A stretch of 63,244 nt of DNA, filler included. It is 4 parts of 4 records of this genome, joined end to end, with 100 filler letters (N's around TTAATTAATTAA, not from the genome) between each part and the next. Parts side by side here need not be neighbours in the genome. Positions count along the whole stretch, not along the records: positions 1 to 24,319 come from SRR31156797_1052; 3 more parts are not named here. One strand, written 5' to 3'. The number at the start of each line of letters is the position of its first letter. The stretch's first letter is position 1. A program made the translations under genes and the position numbers. This document shows positions 1 through 9,427 of the stretch, in pieces. The notes under the pieces were generated by a model that ran no database searches, was not told the DNA's origin, and saw nothing but the letters and a program-made list of their open reading frames with translations.

Positions 1-42
1 GCTCGAAAAATTATAAAAATCAGAGATTTTTTATTTTTCGGC

Positions 43-236
43 ATTTCAAGTTCCATGTTTCAGGTTTCAAGTTTGACGGTTCATGAATATGGTGACGTTT
101 CATGAATATGGTTGACGCTATGTTTAAAGTATTCTAAGTACTATTTACAAATACCTAATTTTACTGAAATAAATAAACTATTTAATCTCCTGTAAAATAG
201 TTACAACATGAAACTTTTTAACTTGAAACCTGAAAC
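43..236. repeat. Intergenic element bounded by inverted GTTTCAA-type heptamer arrays, with an internal 19-bp tandem repeat
   Basis: GTTTCAGGTTTCAAGTT (57-73) is the exact reverse complement of AACTTGAAACCTGAAAC (220-236). Both lie in degenerate 7-mer runs (43-77; 201-236). TGACG(G/T)TTCATGAATATGG occurs at 74-92 and 93-111. Confidence 0.75.
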
Positions 237-521
237 CTATTTGTCATATTTCTCAGTCTTGTCTTCTATGCTAACATCTTTATTAGCAGCTTGTATCTTC
301 AAATTAATCAGTGTCGAGGGTGCCTCTTTTAATACGGCTTCTTTTATGTCAGATAATATTTTTAAGGCATTATCCCAATCGGTTTCAATTACGGTCTCAA
401 ATGGACAAACCCTATGTTTTACGCCACTTTTCTGGATGACTTCAATGGCTTTATCTACAACTTCGTATACATTATTTACACTTTGTGGTAAAACTTGGAT
501 GGCAGCATTTATGGTGTTCAT
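237..521 (-). CDS. Thiamine-binding protein family (YkoF/MTH1187-like)
   Basis: 94 aa; AIQVLP...VVDKAIEVIQKSGVKHRVCPFETVIE pattern typical of the family. Confidence 0.8.
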   Translation of the reverse strand: MNTINAAIQVLPQSVNNVYEVVDKAIEVIQKSGVKHRVCPFETVIETDWDNALKILSDIKEAVLKEAPSTLINLKIQAANKDVSIEDKTEKYDK

Positions 522-640
522 TTTCTATTCAATTATATTTATTAGTGCCGTAAAAGTATGAATAGTAACTGATTTCTGAAATAGTCTTTATAACTCATTT
601 TGAATATAAATATGAGATATAGACATCTCAATACTTTTTT

Positions 641-684
641 ATCTGCATGTACATTCTTCGAATCTGGATGTACGATATTGAACA
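641..684 (+). promoter_or_regulatory. Putative enhancer-binding-protein upstream activator sites
   Basis: ATCTG(C/G)ATGTAC direct repeat at 641-652 and 662-673 (21-bp period); TGT-N10-ACA at 669-684; about 70-110 bp upstream of a sigma54 motif. Confidence 0.55.
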
Positions 685-750
685 CCTGCGCGAGTTTAAA
701 TTGAAGTATGCGTTCTGTAAAAATCAGAAAATGAGATAATTGCGATGTTT

Positions 751-766
751 TGGCACGCTATTGGCA
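751..766 (+). promoter_or_regulatory. Sigma54 (-24/-12) promoter of the TonB-dependent receptor gene
   Basis: TGGCACGCTATTGGCA has TGGCACG with exact GG-N10-GC spacing, 88 bp before the ATG at 854. Confidence 0.65.
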
Positions 767-853
767 ATATGAAGTGCGAATTGCATTATGAAAAGCCCAA
801 TGAGTACTTAGCCCGTAACTCATTTAAAGATTAACCCTTAAAACCTTAAACCT

Positions 854-3238
854 ATGAAAAGTTTAACTAGGCCTGTATTGGCACTGCTATTGGTATGTCA
901 GATTTTTACCCTTAGCGCTTTCGCAGAAAAAAATGAAAGTCCTGGAATAGTAACAGGAAAAATCATTGAAAAGAACAGTAACAAACCAGTACCTTACGCT
1001 AGCGTTGCCGTTGTACACAAAGAAACGGGAGAAATTCTTACCGGAGTTATCTCTGATGAGCATGGTAATTTCAAACTAAGCGATTTACCATACAACGCAT
1101 ATGAATTACAAGTTTCATATTTAGGATATAAGAAACGTAATTTGAAAGTTACCATAGACAAGGATCACAACCTTGTTGAAGTAGGTCAGATTGCACTAGA
1201 GTCTGATGCTCAAAAGCTTGATATGGTGACTGTAACAGAGGAGCGCTTGAAAGGAAAACAAGAAGTCGATCGTACAGTTTACACAATTAACGATCAGGTT
1301 AAGCGCACCTCGAAAGACGGTACAGATGTGCTTAAGCATATTCCCGGAGTATCAGTTGATTTTCAAGATAATGTTACATTGGAAGGTACCGGTAATATTT
1401 TATACCTCGTTAATGGAGTTGCTCGCGATCAGCAATTTGTAGCTCAATTGAATCCCGAAGATTTTAATAAAGTGGAAATAATTACAAACCCTGGTGTTGA
1501 GTATGATGCAGATATAGAAGCTGTAATTAGTATAGTTCTTAAAAAAGCACCTACCGGAGGTCGAGGTAATATTATGGTTACAATGGCCGATCCCAATAAA
1601 ATAGCCAGTAATCAACGAGGTAATCTAGATTATGGAAATGAAAAGTTCAGGATATTTGTTTCTGATAGAATGAATTATCAGGCATATAATGCTTTTTCTA
1701 AAAAAGTGACAGAGGTTACTCATAACGGAGAACAAATTGATTTTAGTTTGAAAGGAGATGGTGATTTTAAATCGTTGAGAAACAATTTAAATTATGGCTT
1801 AGATTTGTTTTTGAATGATAGAAATACTTTGAACTTATACGGAAATACACATTCTAACTTGTCTCGACAAAATGATTTCGGGGAAGTAGGAACGCAATAT
1901 GTAGATGGCATCATGACAGATCAATATAACCTAACGACTAATCTGTTTGATTTGGGTATAGGGTATTATAATTCATTGTTTTTTAAGCATGATTTTGCAG
2001 AGAAAGGACATGAAATAACTACACAATTTGATTATTATACATTTTCTAGCAAAGCCGATAACACTTTTGATTATGAGTATACTTTTTTAGATAGCTTACT
2101 TGACATACCAATTGAGATTAGTCGAGAAGAAAATACACGTAATCATCGACAAATGATACAGTCACGAAATGAGTATAGTCGTATCATAAATAAAATGAGA
2201 TGGAAAATAGGCTACTGGTCTTATTATCAATGGCTCGATAATGAGTTTACTGGTGGTGATGATAATACCGAGTTTGTTTTTAATGAGTTAAGACAGGAGG
2301 CGTTTTTAAATGCAGGTGGAGCACTTGGTAAAATTAGATATAATATGGGATTGCGTTATGCTTATTCAAAAAGTAGAATTGATAGAACGGCAAGTAATGT
2401 TTATCATTCATTTCTACCTCAAATCAGTCTCATGTATGGAATTAAAAAAGGGCACTCATTAAAACTAAGTGTTCGTCGCCGCATTGTACGACCTAATATG
2501 AATCAATTAAATCCATTTGAGGTTAGAATGGACAGCTCTAGTATTAACGTTGGTAATCCGGAATTAGATCCTCAAATAGTGAATAGAGCAGAGCTACAAT
2601 ATGGAATAAATTTAAAGAAAAACTATTTTGCCCCTAAGCTATTCTTTGAACATTCTAATAATAGTATTCAAAGTCTGTTAAGTGTTGATAATGATGGAAA
2701 TACGGTAACTCGACCTGAGAATATTGGTAAGCAATTCATGTACGGGCTATCTCTGAATACCTCAATGAAATTAGCATGGTGGTTTAAGCTAAATGCAAAT
2801 GCCAGAATTTACAATACAAATGTGAGCGGACCAGGTAATTATGACGATGAGCTTTGGACAAAGGCTATTAATGGCAACGCTATGTTTACTCCATGGAAAG
2901 AACGTAAAATTAGTTTTTCAGCTATGCTACAATATTCAAGTGATCGATTAGGATATAAATCAATTCAAAGTCGTGATATTTTATTCTTAGTGGGTGGCGA
3001 TGTATTCATAAAAGAAAAGCTAAAAATTTCAGCAGCTATAAATCCACTATCTCAGAAGTTTAAGTATTCAGGTACAGAGAGAACCGATACAAACTATTAC
3101 TATTTACAAGAAGGAAGAGTGGATGTAAGTCAACTGTTTATGTTTATGATATCATATAATTTCCAATGGGGTAAAACGCCAAAGAAAATAGAACGAGCTA
3201 CAGATTATGAAGGAGAAAATGGAGGTGGAATCTTTTAA
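854..3238 (+). CDS. TonB-dependent receptor / outer-membrane beta-barrel protein with N-terminal CarboxypepD_reg-like domain
   Basis: Signal peptide; VTGKIIE...VPYASV...GNFKL...VSYLGY domain; plug (DVLKHIPGVSVD, KVEIITNPGVEYDA); GNPELDP motif; barrel ending FMISYNF. Confidence 0.85.
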   Translation: MKSLTRPVLALLLVCQIFTLSAFAEKNESPGIVTGKIIEKNSNKPVPYASVAVVHKETGEILTGVISDEHGNFKLSDLPYNAYELQVSYLGYKKRNLKVTIDKDHNLVEVGQIALESDAQKLDMVTVTEERLKGKQEVDRTVYTINDQVKRTSKDGTDVLKHIPGVSVDFQDNVTLEGTGNILYLVNGVARDQQFVAQLNPEDFNKVEIITNPGVEYDADIEAVISIVLKKAPTGGRGNIMVTMADPNKIASNQRGNLDYGNEKFRIFVSDRMNYQAYNAFSKKVTEVTHNGEQIDFSLKGDGDFKSLRNNLNYGLDLFLNDRNTLNLYGNTHSNLSRQNDFGEVGTQYVDGIMTDQYNLTTNLFDLGIGYYNSLFFKHDFAEKGHEITTQFDYYTFSSKADNTFDYEYTFLDSLLDIPIEISREENTRNHRQMIQSRNEYSRIINKMRWKIGYWSYYQWLDNEFTGGDDNTEFVFNELRQEAFLNAGGALGKIRYNMGLRYAYSKSRIDRTASNVYHSFLPQISLMYGIKKGHSLKLSVRRRIVRPNMNQLNPFEVRMDSSSINVGNPELDPQIVNRAELQYGINLKKNYFAPKLFFEHSNNSIQSLLSVDNDGNTVTRPENIGKQFMYGLSLNTSMKLAWWFKLNANARIYNTNVSGPGNYDDELWTKAINGNAMFTPWKERKISFSAMLQYSSDRLGYKSIQSRDILFLVGGDVFIKEKLKISAAINPLSQKFKYSGTERTDTNYYYLQEGRVDVSQLFMFMISYNFQWGKTPKKIERATDYEGENGGGIF

Positions 3239-3255
3239 CTGCATGGCAGCAGATA

Positions 3256-3352
3256 GGTGAGGGGGCTCACCGGGTTAATTTGGGAAGCCGCACCGGAGAG
3301 TTCCGGTGCGGCTATATATAAAAAAATCCCGAGGTATTGCTTCGGGATTTTT
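3256..3352. terminator. Three stem-loops between convergent genes, including a bidirectional intrinsic terminator
   Basis: GGTGAG/CTCACC (3256-3271); AGCCGCACCGGA-GAGT-TCCGGTGCGGCT (3286-3313); AAAAATCCCGAGG-TATTG-CTTCGGGATTTTT (3322-3352). Confidence 0.8.
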
Positions 3353-3371
3353 GGTTAGAGCAAGTATTTTA

Positions 3372-5504
3372 TTATTCAACAACTACTTTTTTAAGTATTG
3401 AATTATTATTAAAATCCGTGATTTGGATAAAATATACGCCAGATTCAAGATTGTTTACCGATAGGTTGTTTTTACCACTATTTGCAATAGTACGTATTAA
3501 TCTACCGGATAAATCTAAAATTGAAACACTTTTAACAAATGCTGTATTCTCAATAGTGAAATCCCCTGAGTTTGGATTTGGATATACTGAGTAGTTAGAG
3601 GCAATCTCATTTATACCAACTTCAGAAGTAAAAGAAATAGTTTGTTCATCCATTACATTGCCTGCTAAGTCAGAAATATTACTTACAGTTATTTCATGTG
3701 TTCCTGCAGTCATCCCTGTAACCTGTATTACTGCATAGTTATAATTAGCATATGTTTGCACAACGCTAATATTGTGGTTAAACTGGAAGTTTTCTGTATT
3801 TTGAAGGTCAGTATAGTTTACTCCTTCATTAAAATATACTGATAAATATTCAACACTTGTTACTTCAACTGATTCAACATAAGGCTTAGTAAGATCAGCA
3901 CTTTCTTGTACATCTGATTCCATTCTTAATTCAATTTTCCATTCGCCATAATCCCATTTGCAAGGACCGGTTATGTCATAATAAGAATTTAATACAGGAT
4001 CAATTTCATAAATTTGTGTATTGTGAATGGATAGTGCTCCGGAGTCATCTGTAACTTGCCACATTCCATAGCCAAGATCAGTATTTGTACATTTTGCTCC
4101 TGTGATTTTAATCAAAACTGATTCGTATGATTCATCAATCTGATCTATATTAACCAAAATAGGTTCAGGTAGTTCATTATTCCTACTTATTAAATAATAA
4201 TCAGTAACATCTACAATTTCAGTTAAGTCATAATATTCTGTTACTGTTCCGGTTAGGATTACGCTGTCTCCAATTTGAGGATTTAGAACATCATAAACGA
4301 AAATTCCATCCCATGGATTTTGTCCATCTTGTAAAAAGAAACCATCTCCAAAGTTTCCGGTAACAACACCAGAAACTGTTACCTCTTGATCTTCGAAAGG
4401 TGTTGTAGCTTGTTCACCTTGAACTTCACTAATGGCTTGAATAGCTCCACTGAATATAGCTTCAACATGATATGAATAGGTTACTCCTGAGTAACTTCCA
4501 TTGTCATCTGTTGCTGTAATTGCATAGTAAATAGAACTCTCACTTCCTTGAGCCGGAATCTCAGCATCAAATAAATCACCTGAATTATTCATGGAAATGG
4601 AATTGGATAAATTATCATATTCAGTTCCCCAATTTAGGGTAGCAGAAATAGTTCCGGTTCCTGTAATTGTGGCTAGTATTTCTATTGCATCACTTGTGAA
4701 AACAAGCTCTTGTGATTGAGAAACGTCACCAATACTAATACTATTTGCAGGATCGCTCTCCCAAATCATACCTACCCATTCAGGGTGATCTATAAATGGA
4801 TTTCTGTTTTGTTGGTAACTATAAATAACATTGTTTCTGTTACGTTCAAAGTCGTCCGGTGGATCTTGCTCATGCCATTCCAATAAAGCAGATAAACGAC
4901 CATGGAATGGATTAGGTGAATTATTTACTTCATCATTAACTTCCAGGTCAACTTCGCCATTTTCACCTTCATAGCGTGTAGCCATGTAAAAAATGATACG
5001 TGCAATATCTCCTTTAACTTCATCTCTTGGTTCCCATGCATCACTCGTGTAATAGCAACCTGTGGCTTCAGGGTGTTGTGTTCCTGTTGCCTGGCAATTG
5101 TCAAAATCTTTATTGCTACGGTCTACATTAACCGATCCATCTGAAGGTTTCAGGTTATGCAAGTCACCACCGGTAGGTAAGTATGTATCAAACTGTCCAT
5201 GGGATTTGGCCCACACATGCTCACGATTCAGGTAATCACCACCTGTCCCATAATTTGAACCATCAACGGATGAGCCTTTATATACTGTGATAACATTTCC
5301 GGGTGTACTTGGATCGGCATCAGATGATAAGAATACATTATCAGCATAAAAATAGGCCCACTCCATATGTCCGGAAATAATATCGTTTAATGCATTCTTT
5401 AATTCGCTACCGGTTTTCCCCTCAATTCCGTTATAATATCCGGTTGGTTGAGCGAATAGGTTAATACTTAAGCTAAGTATTAAAGTTGTTAGTAAAATTC
5501 TCAT
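3372..5504 (-). CDS. Secreted endonuclease I-family (His-Me finger) nuclease with OB-fold and T9SS C-terminal domain
   Basis: NREHVWAKSHG, DLHNLKPSD, VNVDRSN, KGDIAR..FYM..RY and QQNRNPFIDHP motifs; VTVSGVVTG...FFLQD...GIFVY OB-fold; VYPNP...GVYFIQI CTD. Likely start MRILLTT at 5504 (ORF track extends to 5531). Confidence 0.9.
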   Translation of the reverse strand: MRILLTTLILSLSINLFAQPTGYYNGIEGKTGSELKNALNDIISGHMEWAYFYADNVFLSSDADPSTPGNVITVYKGSSVDGSNYGTGGDYLNREHVWAKSHGQFDTYLPTGGDLHNLKPSDGSVNVDRSNKDFDNCQATGTQHPEATGCYYTSDAWEPRDEVKGDIARIIFYMATRYEGENGEVDLEVNDEVNNSPNPFHGRLSALLEWHEQDPPDDFERNRNNVIYSYQQNRNPFIDHPEWVGMIWESDPANSISIGDVSQSQELVFTSDAIEILATITGTGTISATLNWGTEYDNLSNSISMNNSGDLFDAEIPAQGSESSIYYAITATDDNGSYSGVTYSYHVEAIFSGAIQAISEVQGEQATTPFEDQEVTVSGVVTGNFGDGFFLQDGQNPWDGIFVYDVLNPQIGDSVILTGTVTEYYDLTEIVDVTDYYLISRNNELPEPILVNIDQIDESYESVLIKITGAKCTNTDLGYGMWQVTDDSGALSIHNTQIYEIDPVLNSYYDITGPCKWDYGEWKIELRMESDVQESADLTKPYVESVEVTSVEYLSVYFNEGVNYTDLQNTENFQFNHNISVVQTYANYNYAVIQVTGMTAGTHEITVSNISDLAGNVMDEQTISFTSEVGINEIASNYSVYPNPNSGDFTIENTAFVKSVSILDLSGRLIRTIANSGKNNLSVNNLESGVYFIQITDFNNNSILKKVVVE

Positions 5505-5514
5505 AATAAATGTT

Positions 5515-8184
5515 TTAAAAGTTAATGCCAAAACTCATTACAAATCTCCGTGGTGCTCCAAAGAACACAGTTGCTGATTTGGCATCGTTGTCTCTATGAA
5601 TTACTCCAGCAGCATAAGGATCATTGTTTCTGGCTGCTGAAATATATTTCTCATCAGTAAAGTTTAGAAGATTAAGCGTCAGTTTAAAATTGATTTTATC
5701 CCATTTAGGAATACTAAATCGATATCCAGCATGCAAATCAAATATTTGATGAGAAGGAGTCTTCCATGAGTCCTTAGGCTTATCTTCGTCAAGATCTATT
5801 TCATCAAATGAAGACTGAGCAAAGTAACGATCAAAGTAAGTTGATTTAACAGTAACATAAGCTCCTTTAATTGGTTTGAATTTCAGTGCTAAACCAAGTT
5901 GAGTTTGCGCTGCATCACTTACATGAACACCTCGCACGTCAAAACTTGTACTTCCGCCATATTCTCCTTGATTGTATAAAGCAATGCTATCTTCTTTTGA
6001 ATCCCATCTCCAATCACCTATTGAAACCCATGATTCAATTTCAAATTGTTTTATTGGGTTATATGTTAAATCAAATTCTATTCCTTTATGAATTGCTTTT
6101 AACCCGGTATTTGTTGTAACAGTTAAATCATCATCATTTCGATCACTTATTGAGCTTGGTTTATTGTCCCACACTGTATAATATGCATTTACTCTTGCTT
6201 TCAAGGTTCTTCCTTTAAACATAAGACCCAGTTCAACAGATTTGATCTTTTCATTATCTATGTCTGAGAATAAAGTAGAATATCTTTGATAGATATAACT
6301 TAATCCCTGAACCTTATCGTAGTATCCTGCATTGGTGAAAATATTGATGGTTTCGGTAAGGTTATAGTTAAACCCTCCTTTAATGGTCCATCCAAATAGG
6401 GTCTTCCTTTTAGATTTGAGATTATTCCAATAATCTTCTTTTTTAAAGGATGAAACGTTACCAGTTATATTAATTAATGCTGTATACAAAGGGGTGCTAT
6501 ATTCAGCTTGATAGAAGGCACCTGCCCAGGATACATATGCATCATCATGATAATATACTTTATCTCCTTCTTTTAGAAATAATGTATCATTTTCAGTAAT
6601 ATTGGCAAAATAATCACCACCCAACATGTCGGCAATTTCTCTGTAATGTGTTCCCTTATAGTATCTTACATCAATACCGGCATCCTGTTCCAAATTAACA
6701 CTAGTTTTATGATTAAATGTACTTAACCATCCATACCACATATGATTGTTTGTATTTTGTGGTAAAAAGTATCTTGATCTGACTAGTGATGGATGAAAGT
6801 TAGGATCAACAATGTTTTGATTATCATAGATTGTTTGAAGGTTAATTTGCGCATATTTGTCATAACTATAAGATGAATAACTAGTTCCATCTGCTTCGGC
6901 GATTCCACTAATTCCACCACCTCTTCCAATAGACATGTAGGCGATATTTGACCATGCCATTTTATCATTAATGGTCCAGAAATCTTTTAAGTAAAACATA
7001 GGTTTGTAATACCTGTTTACCTGCGTGTGTACTACTTCTCTTTCAGCATTAGGGTTGTTTTTTGTTCTGGCTAAATAACCCCAGTTAGGGTTGTAATCAA
7101 AACCCTTATCTATTAGCTCGTATATTTCAAAATCGGGGAATCCTGATGAAACTATAGGAATATTATCAGAATCAGATAAATCTATTCCAAGGTCTTCAGC
7201 ATATTTAGAATCGTAAGTCACAATTCTTCCTCCATATTTTCGTTGCTCATGCCATTGGGGAGCGCCAAAAGTTGTAAAGCTGAATAAGTGTTTTTTCCAT
7301 CTTTTGTTGACTTTAGCAAAATAGAAATATCCCTGATGGTCCGTTTCCTGGATCCAACCTGAACCTGTTTTATATGCAGCTGCTAAAGTTACTGACCAGC
7401 CATTTTTTAATTGTCCACTATTATATCCTGCACTGGTAGTATATTTGCCATATTCATCTAATTCTTGTTTGATATTTATGCTTCTCTTATTTTCTATACC
7501 TTTAGTAAGAATATTTATTGTACCCCCGATTGATGGTATAGCTAATTTTGATGCTCCAAGTCCTCTTTGAATATTTATGTTTCTTGTAATTGATGAAAGT
7601 CCAAACCAGTTAGACCAATATACCCAGCCATTTTCCATATCGTTAACGGGAATTCCATCCAATAGTACGCCAACAAAGTTTCCTTTAAAACCCCTGATAC
7701 GAACTTCAGCATCACCTTCACCTCCAGTAGTGGTAGCATAAACTCCAGGTGTACTATTTAAGATCATTGGTAGGTCTCTTCCTGATAATTCTTCTGCAAT
7801 TTGAGCCGGTTTTATGTTCATGTGGGCTACAGGTGTCTTTCTGTCGACAGCAATATCAGCCACAACTTCAACTTCATCCAGCATATCACTTTGTAGGAGT
7901 ATGTTAACAAATGCAGGTTTATCTCCTACTTTAACCGTTTTATTAATTGTTTTGAAACCAATGTATGAAATTTTTATCTCATAGGTCCCCGGTTCAACTT
8001 TTAAGCTGAAATTTCCATCGATGTCAGTAATTGTTCCTTTTCCCGGATTATCCGCAAATACAATATTTGCCCCAATGAGGGTTTCACCTGTGGATTTATC
8101 TTTTACAACTCCATTGATAGCTGAATTTTGCCCATAGGTAAATAATGTAGCGGTTGCTATTAGTAAAGTAAATAATATCCTCAT
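5515..8184 (-). CDS. TonB-dependent receptor
   Basis: Signal peptide; INGVVKD..TGETLIGANI..GTITDIDGNF domain; plug (LNSTPGVY, IRGF, VLLDGIPVN, IQRGLG, GGTINILT); C-terminal FGINF. Confidence 0.9.
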   Translation of the reverse strand: MRILFTLLIATATLFTYGQNSAINGVVKDKSTGETLIGANIVFADNPGKGTITDIDGNFSLKVEPGTYEIKISYIGFKTINKTVKVGDKPAFVNILLQSDMLDEVEVVADIAVDRKTPVAHMNIKPAQIAEELSGRDLPMILNSTPGVYATTTGGEGDAEVRIRGFKGNFVGVLLDGIPVNDMENGWVYWSNWFGLSSITRNINIQRGLGASKLAIPSIGGTINILTKGIENKRSINIKQELDEYGKYTTSAGYNSGQLKNGWSVTLAAAYKTGSGWIQETDHQGYFYFAKVNKRWKKHLFSFTTFGAPQWHEQRKYGGRIVTYDSKYAEDLGIDLSDSDNIPIVSSGFPDFEIYELIDKGFDYNPNWGYLARTKNNPNAEREVVHTQVNRYYKPMFYLKDFWTINDKMAWSNIAYMSIGRGGGISGIAEADGTSYSSYSYDKYAQINLQTIYDNQNIVDPNFHPSLVRSRYFLPQNTNNHMWYGWLSTFNHKTSVNLEQDAGIDVRYYKGTHYREIADMLGGDYFANITENDTLFLKEGDKVYYHDDAYVSWAGAFYQAEYSTPLYTALINITGNVSSFKKEDYWNNLKSKRKTLFGWTIKGGFNYNLTETINIFTNAGYYDKVQGLSYIYQRYSTLFSDIDNEKIKSVELGLMFKGRTLKARVNAYYTVWDNKPSSISDRNDDDLTVTTNTGLKAIHKGIEFDLTYNPIKQFEIESWVSIGDWRWDSKEDSIALYNQGEYGGSTSFDVRGVHVSDAAQTQLGLALKFKPIKGAYVTVKSTYFDRYFAQSSFDEIDLDEDKPKDSWKTPSHQIFDLHAGYRFSIPKWDKINFKLTLNLLNFTDEKYISAARNNDPYAAGVIHRDNDAKSATVFFGAPRRFVMSFGINF

Positions 8185-8198
8185 AATAAAGTGTAATT

Positions 8199-8233
8199 AA
8201 AAAATAAAGGGTATTTCTTCAAATACCCTTTAT
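8199..8233 (-). terminator. Intrinsic terminator-like hairpin between the lamin-tail gene and the TBDR gene
   Basis: ATAAAGGGTATTT-CTTC-AAATACCCTTTAT perfect 13-bp stem (8204-8233), followed by a U-run on the minus strand. Confidence 0.7.
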
Positions 8234-8246
8234 AATAAAAATATAA

Positions 8247-9212
8247 TTATTGAATTGTTATCCTTCTGACAGACCTTATGTTATTATTAAGGGTAACTTC
8301 TACCAAATAGATACCTGCAGTGATATCGTCGGTATTTACCTGAACGATACCATCATTTTCAAAGTTAGCTACAGTTAATTCAACTTTACCAACCATGTTA
8401 ATAACTCTAACATTTTTGATTATTTCGTCTGCAAATACTTTAAATGTTCCATTAATTTGTGTTGGATTTGGATAAAGATTGATATTTGCTTCTTTTTTAA
8501 CAGATGAAATAGAATTAGGGTTACAGTCACAATCGTGAATTCCAAGGTTTGTCCAAGTGTCCTGAGGTAAAGTATCCCATTCAATACCTGTGTTAAATGG
8601 ATCATTAGGATTAGTATCTCCTTGTCTTACACTTGGTTTTCTAATCATTGTATGATTGCTTGTCCATGAAAGCCAGAAATATGGTCCGGATTGGTAATCC
8701 AATGAATCTATATCACACCATCCATTGCTGTCTCCTTCACCCGGGCTTGGATCTTGTCCTGCAACTCCAAAAAAGTCAAGTATAATATTGTTGTTGTCTA
8801 ATAAAACAATACAATCATCTCCATTGAAAAACATAGGTGAGATTTCATAAATTCCAGGACCATTCATGTCTGCAATATCAAAATATAAGGTTGAATCAAC
8901 AGTTCCAAAACCGTCGTCTTCAATTTGTCCATTAGTAATTACAATGGCATCATACGGTTGAATTACGTTGTCACCTTCATTAAGTTCAATTGAAATTTGA
9001 TGTGTCGCAACAGGTGATCCGTTTGAATACCTTTGAATTTTGTATCCGTCAAGACTTACTACCTGGTTGGTTGGGTTATAAATTTCTAAAGCTTTGTTTT
9101 GTGCGCTTCCTTCAACATATTCGGAAATAAAAAGCTTTGAACACTCTTGGGCATTCATGCTAATAGCAGCGATTATTCCAGCTGCAAAAAGTAAAATCTT
9201 CTTCATAATCAT
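8247..9212 (-). CDS. Lamin-tail-domain protein with T9SS C-terminal domain
   Basis: LFISEYVEGSAQNKALEIYNPT, FNGDD and TMIRKPSV match the LTD found N-terminally in ExeM/NucH nucleases; LYPNP...GIYLV CTD; no catalytic domain seen. Confidence 0.8.
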   Translation of the reverse strand: MIMKKILLFAAGIIAAISMNAQECSKLFISEYVEGSAQNKALEIYNPTNQVVSLDGYKIQRYSNGSPVATHQISIELNEGDNVIQPYDAIVITNGQIEDDGFGTVDSTLYFDIADMNGPGIYEISPMFFNGDDCIVLLDNNNIILDFFGVAGQDPSPGEGDSNGWCDIDSLDYQSGPYFWLSWTSNHTMIRKPSVRQGDTNPNDPFNTGIEWDTLPQDTWTNLGIHDCDCNPNSISSVKKEANINLYPNPTQINGTFKVFADEIIKNVRVINMVGKVELTVANFENDGIVQVNTDDITAGIYLVEVTLNNNIRSVRRITIQ

Positions 9213-9244
9213 TATTTTTTAGTATTTTTTTTTAATTTTGTGTG

Positions 9245-9252
9245 CAAAGTTA
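9245..9252 (-). promoter_or_regulatory. Bacteroidota -7 promoter element (TAnnTTTG)
   Basis: TAACTTTG on the minus strand about 33 bp upstream of the LTD gene. Confidence 0.55.
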
Positions 9253-9427
9253 TATACATACTACTTTCTCACGTTTCTTATTTGTTAATTTTTCCTTAAG
9301 GAAAAAGGAATCAAAATTAATATTTTTAATAAAACATTTAGGTAATTTCAGTGATTTTTTTCATTTTTTAATGTGTAATTTGTATTCAATTTAAATATCT
9401 TAGCTTCTCCAATTTAAAAGAGTATAT

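Noticed and set aside
74-117. 19-bp tandem repeat as a CRISPR array
   Set aside because: Copies are directly adjacent with no spacers, and there are no cas genes.
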